A stretch of 63,626 bases of DNA, the filler included, from Octopus bimaculoides (Eukaryota), in assembly GCF_001194135.2 (NCBI RefSeq). It is 8 parts of 8 records of this genome, joined end to end, with 100 filler letters (N's around TTAATTAATTAA, not from the genome) between each part and the next. Parts side by side here need not be neighbours in the genome. Positions count along the whole stretch, not along the records: positions 60,830 to 63,626 come from NW_026431192.1; 7 more parts are not named here. One strand, 5' to 3'. A program made the translations under genes and the position numbers. This document shows, one piece after another, positions 60,830 through 63,626 of this stretch (positions are counted from its first letter, which is position 1; every line of letters starts with the position of its first letter). Below the pieces are notes generated by a model. It searched no databases. It had not been told where the DNA came from and was given only the letters and a program-made list of their open reading frames with translations.

Positions 60830-63626
60830 GAAGGATCAAACGATGAAATGATCGAACGAAGGAACAAAAGAACGAACGATCGAACGAAAGAACGAAGGAT
60901 TGAACGAACGAACGTACGTGCGTACGAACGACCGAACGTACATTCGTACGATCTAAGGAACAAACGAACGAAAGAAATAGCGACAAAACGATAGTAAGTA
61001 TGTAAGTACGAATGAACGAACGTACGTATGTTCGTACGTACGTACGAACGAACGAACGAACGTACGCACGCACAAACGTAAGGACGAACGATCGTACGTA
61101 CGTAAGAAAGAACGATCTGACGATCGAACGAACGATCGAACGAAAGAAAGAACGTAGTACGTAATAACGTTCGTTTGATCGTACTGACATACATACGTTC
61201 TTTCTTTTATTCGTACGTTCGATTATTCGTTCGTTCGCTCGTACGTACCTTCATTCGTTCGTTCGTTCGTTCGTTCGTACGTACGTACTTTCGTTCGTTC
61301 TTTTGTTCCTTCGAACGTACGTAATTACGAACGAACGAACGTAAGAAGAAAGGATCAAACGATGAAATGATCGAACGAAGGAACAAAAGAACGAACGAAC
61401 GATCAAACGAAAGAACGAAAGATTGAACGAACGAACGTACGTGAGTACGAACGAACGAACGAACGANNNNNNNNNNNNNNNNNNNNNNNNNNNNNNNNNN
61501 NNNNNNNNNNNNNNNNNNNNNNNNNNNNNNNNNNNNNNNNNNNNNNNNNNNNNNNNNNNNNNNNNNNNNNNNNNNNNNNNNNNNNNNNNNNNNNNNNNNN
61601 NNNNNNNNNNNNNNNNNNNNNNNNNNNNNNNNNNNNNNNNNNNNNNNNNNNNNNNNNNNNNNNNNNNNNNNNNNNNNNNNNNNNNNNNNNNNNNNNNNNN
61701 NNNNNNNNNNNNNNNNNNNNNNNNNNNNNNNNNNNNNNNNNNNNNNNNNNNNNNNNNNNNNNNNNNNNNNNNNNNNNNNNNNNNNNNNNNNNNNNNNNNN
61801 NNNNNNNNNNNNNNNNNNNNNNNNNNNNNNNNNNNNNNNNNNNNNNNNNNNNNNNNNNNNNNNNNNNNNNNNNNNNNNNNNNNNNNNNNNNNNNNNNNNN
61901 NNNNNNNNNNNNNNNNNNNNNNNNNNNNNNNNNNNNNNNNNNNNNNNNNNNNNNNNNNNNNNNNNNNNAACGTGCGAATGAACGAACGAACAATCGAAAT
62001 AACGAACGTACGTACGTACGTAGAATAGAACCAACGAAGGACGGATCAAACGATGAAATGATCAGACGAAGGAAAAAAAGAACGAACGAACGATCGAACG
62101 AAAGAACGAAAGATTGAACGAACGAACGTACGTGAGTACGAACGAACGAACGAACGAACGTACGCACGTACAAACGTAAGGAGGAACGAAAGAACGTACG
62201 TAGGAACGAACGAACGTGCGTAAGTACGTACGAATGAACGATCGTACGTACGTAAGAACGAACGATCTAACGATCGAACGAACGTTCTGACGAAAGAAAG
62301 AACGTACGTACGTAATAACGTTCGTTTGATCGTACTCACTTACGTACGATCTTTCTTTTATTCGTACGTTCGATTGTTCATTCGTTCGCTCGTACGTACC
62401 TTCATTCGTTCGTTCGTTCGTTCGTTCGTACGTACGTACTTTCGTTCGTTCTTTTGTTCCTTCGAAAGTACGTAATTACGAACGAACGAACGGAATTACG
62501 AACGTACGTAGGAACGAACGAGTGAACGAACGAGCCAACGAACGAGCGAATGAACGAACGAACATTCGAAATAACGAACGTACGTAAGTACGTAGAATAG
62601 AACGAACGAAGGAAGGATCAATCGATGAAATGATCGAACGAAGGAACAAAAGAACAAATGAACGATCAAACGAAAGAACGAAAGATTAAACGAACGAACG
62701 TAGGTGTGTACGAACGATCGAACGTACGTGAGTACGAACGAACGAACGTACGTGAGTACGAACGAACGAACGTACATTCGTACGATCTAACGAACAAACG
62801 AACGAAAGAAATAGCGACAAATCGATAGTAAGTATGTAAGTACGAATGAACGAACATACGTACGTTCGTACGTACGTACGTACGAACGAACGAACGAACG
62901 TACGCACGTACAAACGAAAGGACGAACGAACGAACGAACGAACGTACGTAGGAACTAACGAACGTGCGTAAGTACGTACGAAAGAACGATCGTACGTACG
63001 TAAGAACGAACGATCTAACGATCGAACGAACGATCCAACGAACGAAAGAAAGAACGTACGTACGTAGTAACGTTCGTTTGATCGTACTGACATACGTACG
63101 TTCTTTCTTTTATTCGTACGTTTGATTCTTCGTACGTTCGCTCGTACGTACCTTCATTCGTTCGTTCGTTCGTTCGTTCGTTCGTTCGTTCGTTCAAACG
63201 TACTTTCGTTCGTTCTTTTGTTCCTTCTAACGTACGTATTTACGAACGAACGAACGTAATTACGAACGTACGTAGGAACGAACGAAGGAACGAACGAGCC
63301 AACGAACAAACGAATGAACGAACGAGCGAATGAACGAACGAACCATCGAAATAACGAACGTACGTACGTACGTAGAATAGAACAAACGAAGGAAGGATCA
63401 AACGATGGAATGATCGAACGAAGGAACAAAAGAACGTACGAACGATCGAACGAAAGAACGAAAGATTGAAAGAACGAACGACCGAACGTACATTCGTACG
63501 ATCTGTCGAACAACCGAACGAAAGAAATAGCGACAAAACGATAGTAAGTATGTAAGTACGAATGAACGAACGATCCAACGAAAGAATGAACGTACGTACG
63601 TAATAACGTTCGTTTGATCGTACTGA
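60830..63626. repeat. CpG-dense modular satellite built from AACG/GTAC/GATC, with higher-order units of about 520-780 bp and inverted (TTCG-rich) segments
   Basis: Marker ggatcaaacgatgaaatgatc recurs at about 60833, 61352, 62043, 62615 and 63395. Marker taacgttcgtttgatcgtact recurs at about 61165, 62316, 63068 and 63604. Confidence 0.9.

Noticed and set aside
60774-63578. FVRSFVRT / NERTNE-repeat ORFs
   Set aside because: A by-product of the stop-poor AACG satellite; overlapping in many frames, with no start context or splice support.
60830-63626. CRISPR array
   Set aside because: No constant repeat with unique spacers; the modules are all repeated and the context is eukaryotic. The same applies to the short tandem repeats at 18970-19041 (31 bp), 30103-30163 (14 bp) and 53790-53860 (36 bp).

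Overview
AT-rich eukaryotic draft-assembly DNA with many N gaps and dense microsatellites. The SINE, LINE and DNA-transposon families look like those of an octopus (cephalopod) genome; that is inference from recall, not a search. Seven identical 100-nt spacers (44 N + TTAATTAATTAA + 44 N) show that the window is eight pieces joined artificially, so adjacency across joins is unproven. One host gene is well supported: a 485-aa minus-strand ORF (24145-25602) in a single coding exon, with a PTB-like N-terminal domain, a 16-Asp tract and a Ser/Pro/Tyr-rich tail. The rest is mostly mobile-element debris: an L1/Tx1 fragment, two RTE LINEs, a Dong/R4-like 3' end inside (TAA)n, two other REL-type LINE tails, two mariners, a Tc1 end, an Academ-like XPG relic, several MITEs and four tRNA-type SINE families (labelled A-D here). 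The two most unusual structures are a 386-bp foldback element whose arms are head-to-head telomere-type (TTAGGG)n/(CCCTAA)n tracts (2378-2763), and a CpG-dense modular AACG/GTAC satellite with built-in inverted segments (60830-63626). No rRNA, genuine tRNA gene or CRISPR array was seen. Protein family calls come from motif recognition by eye.
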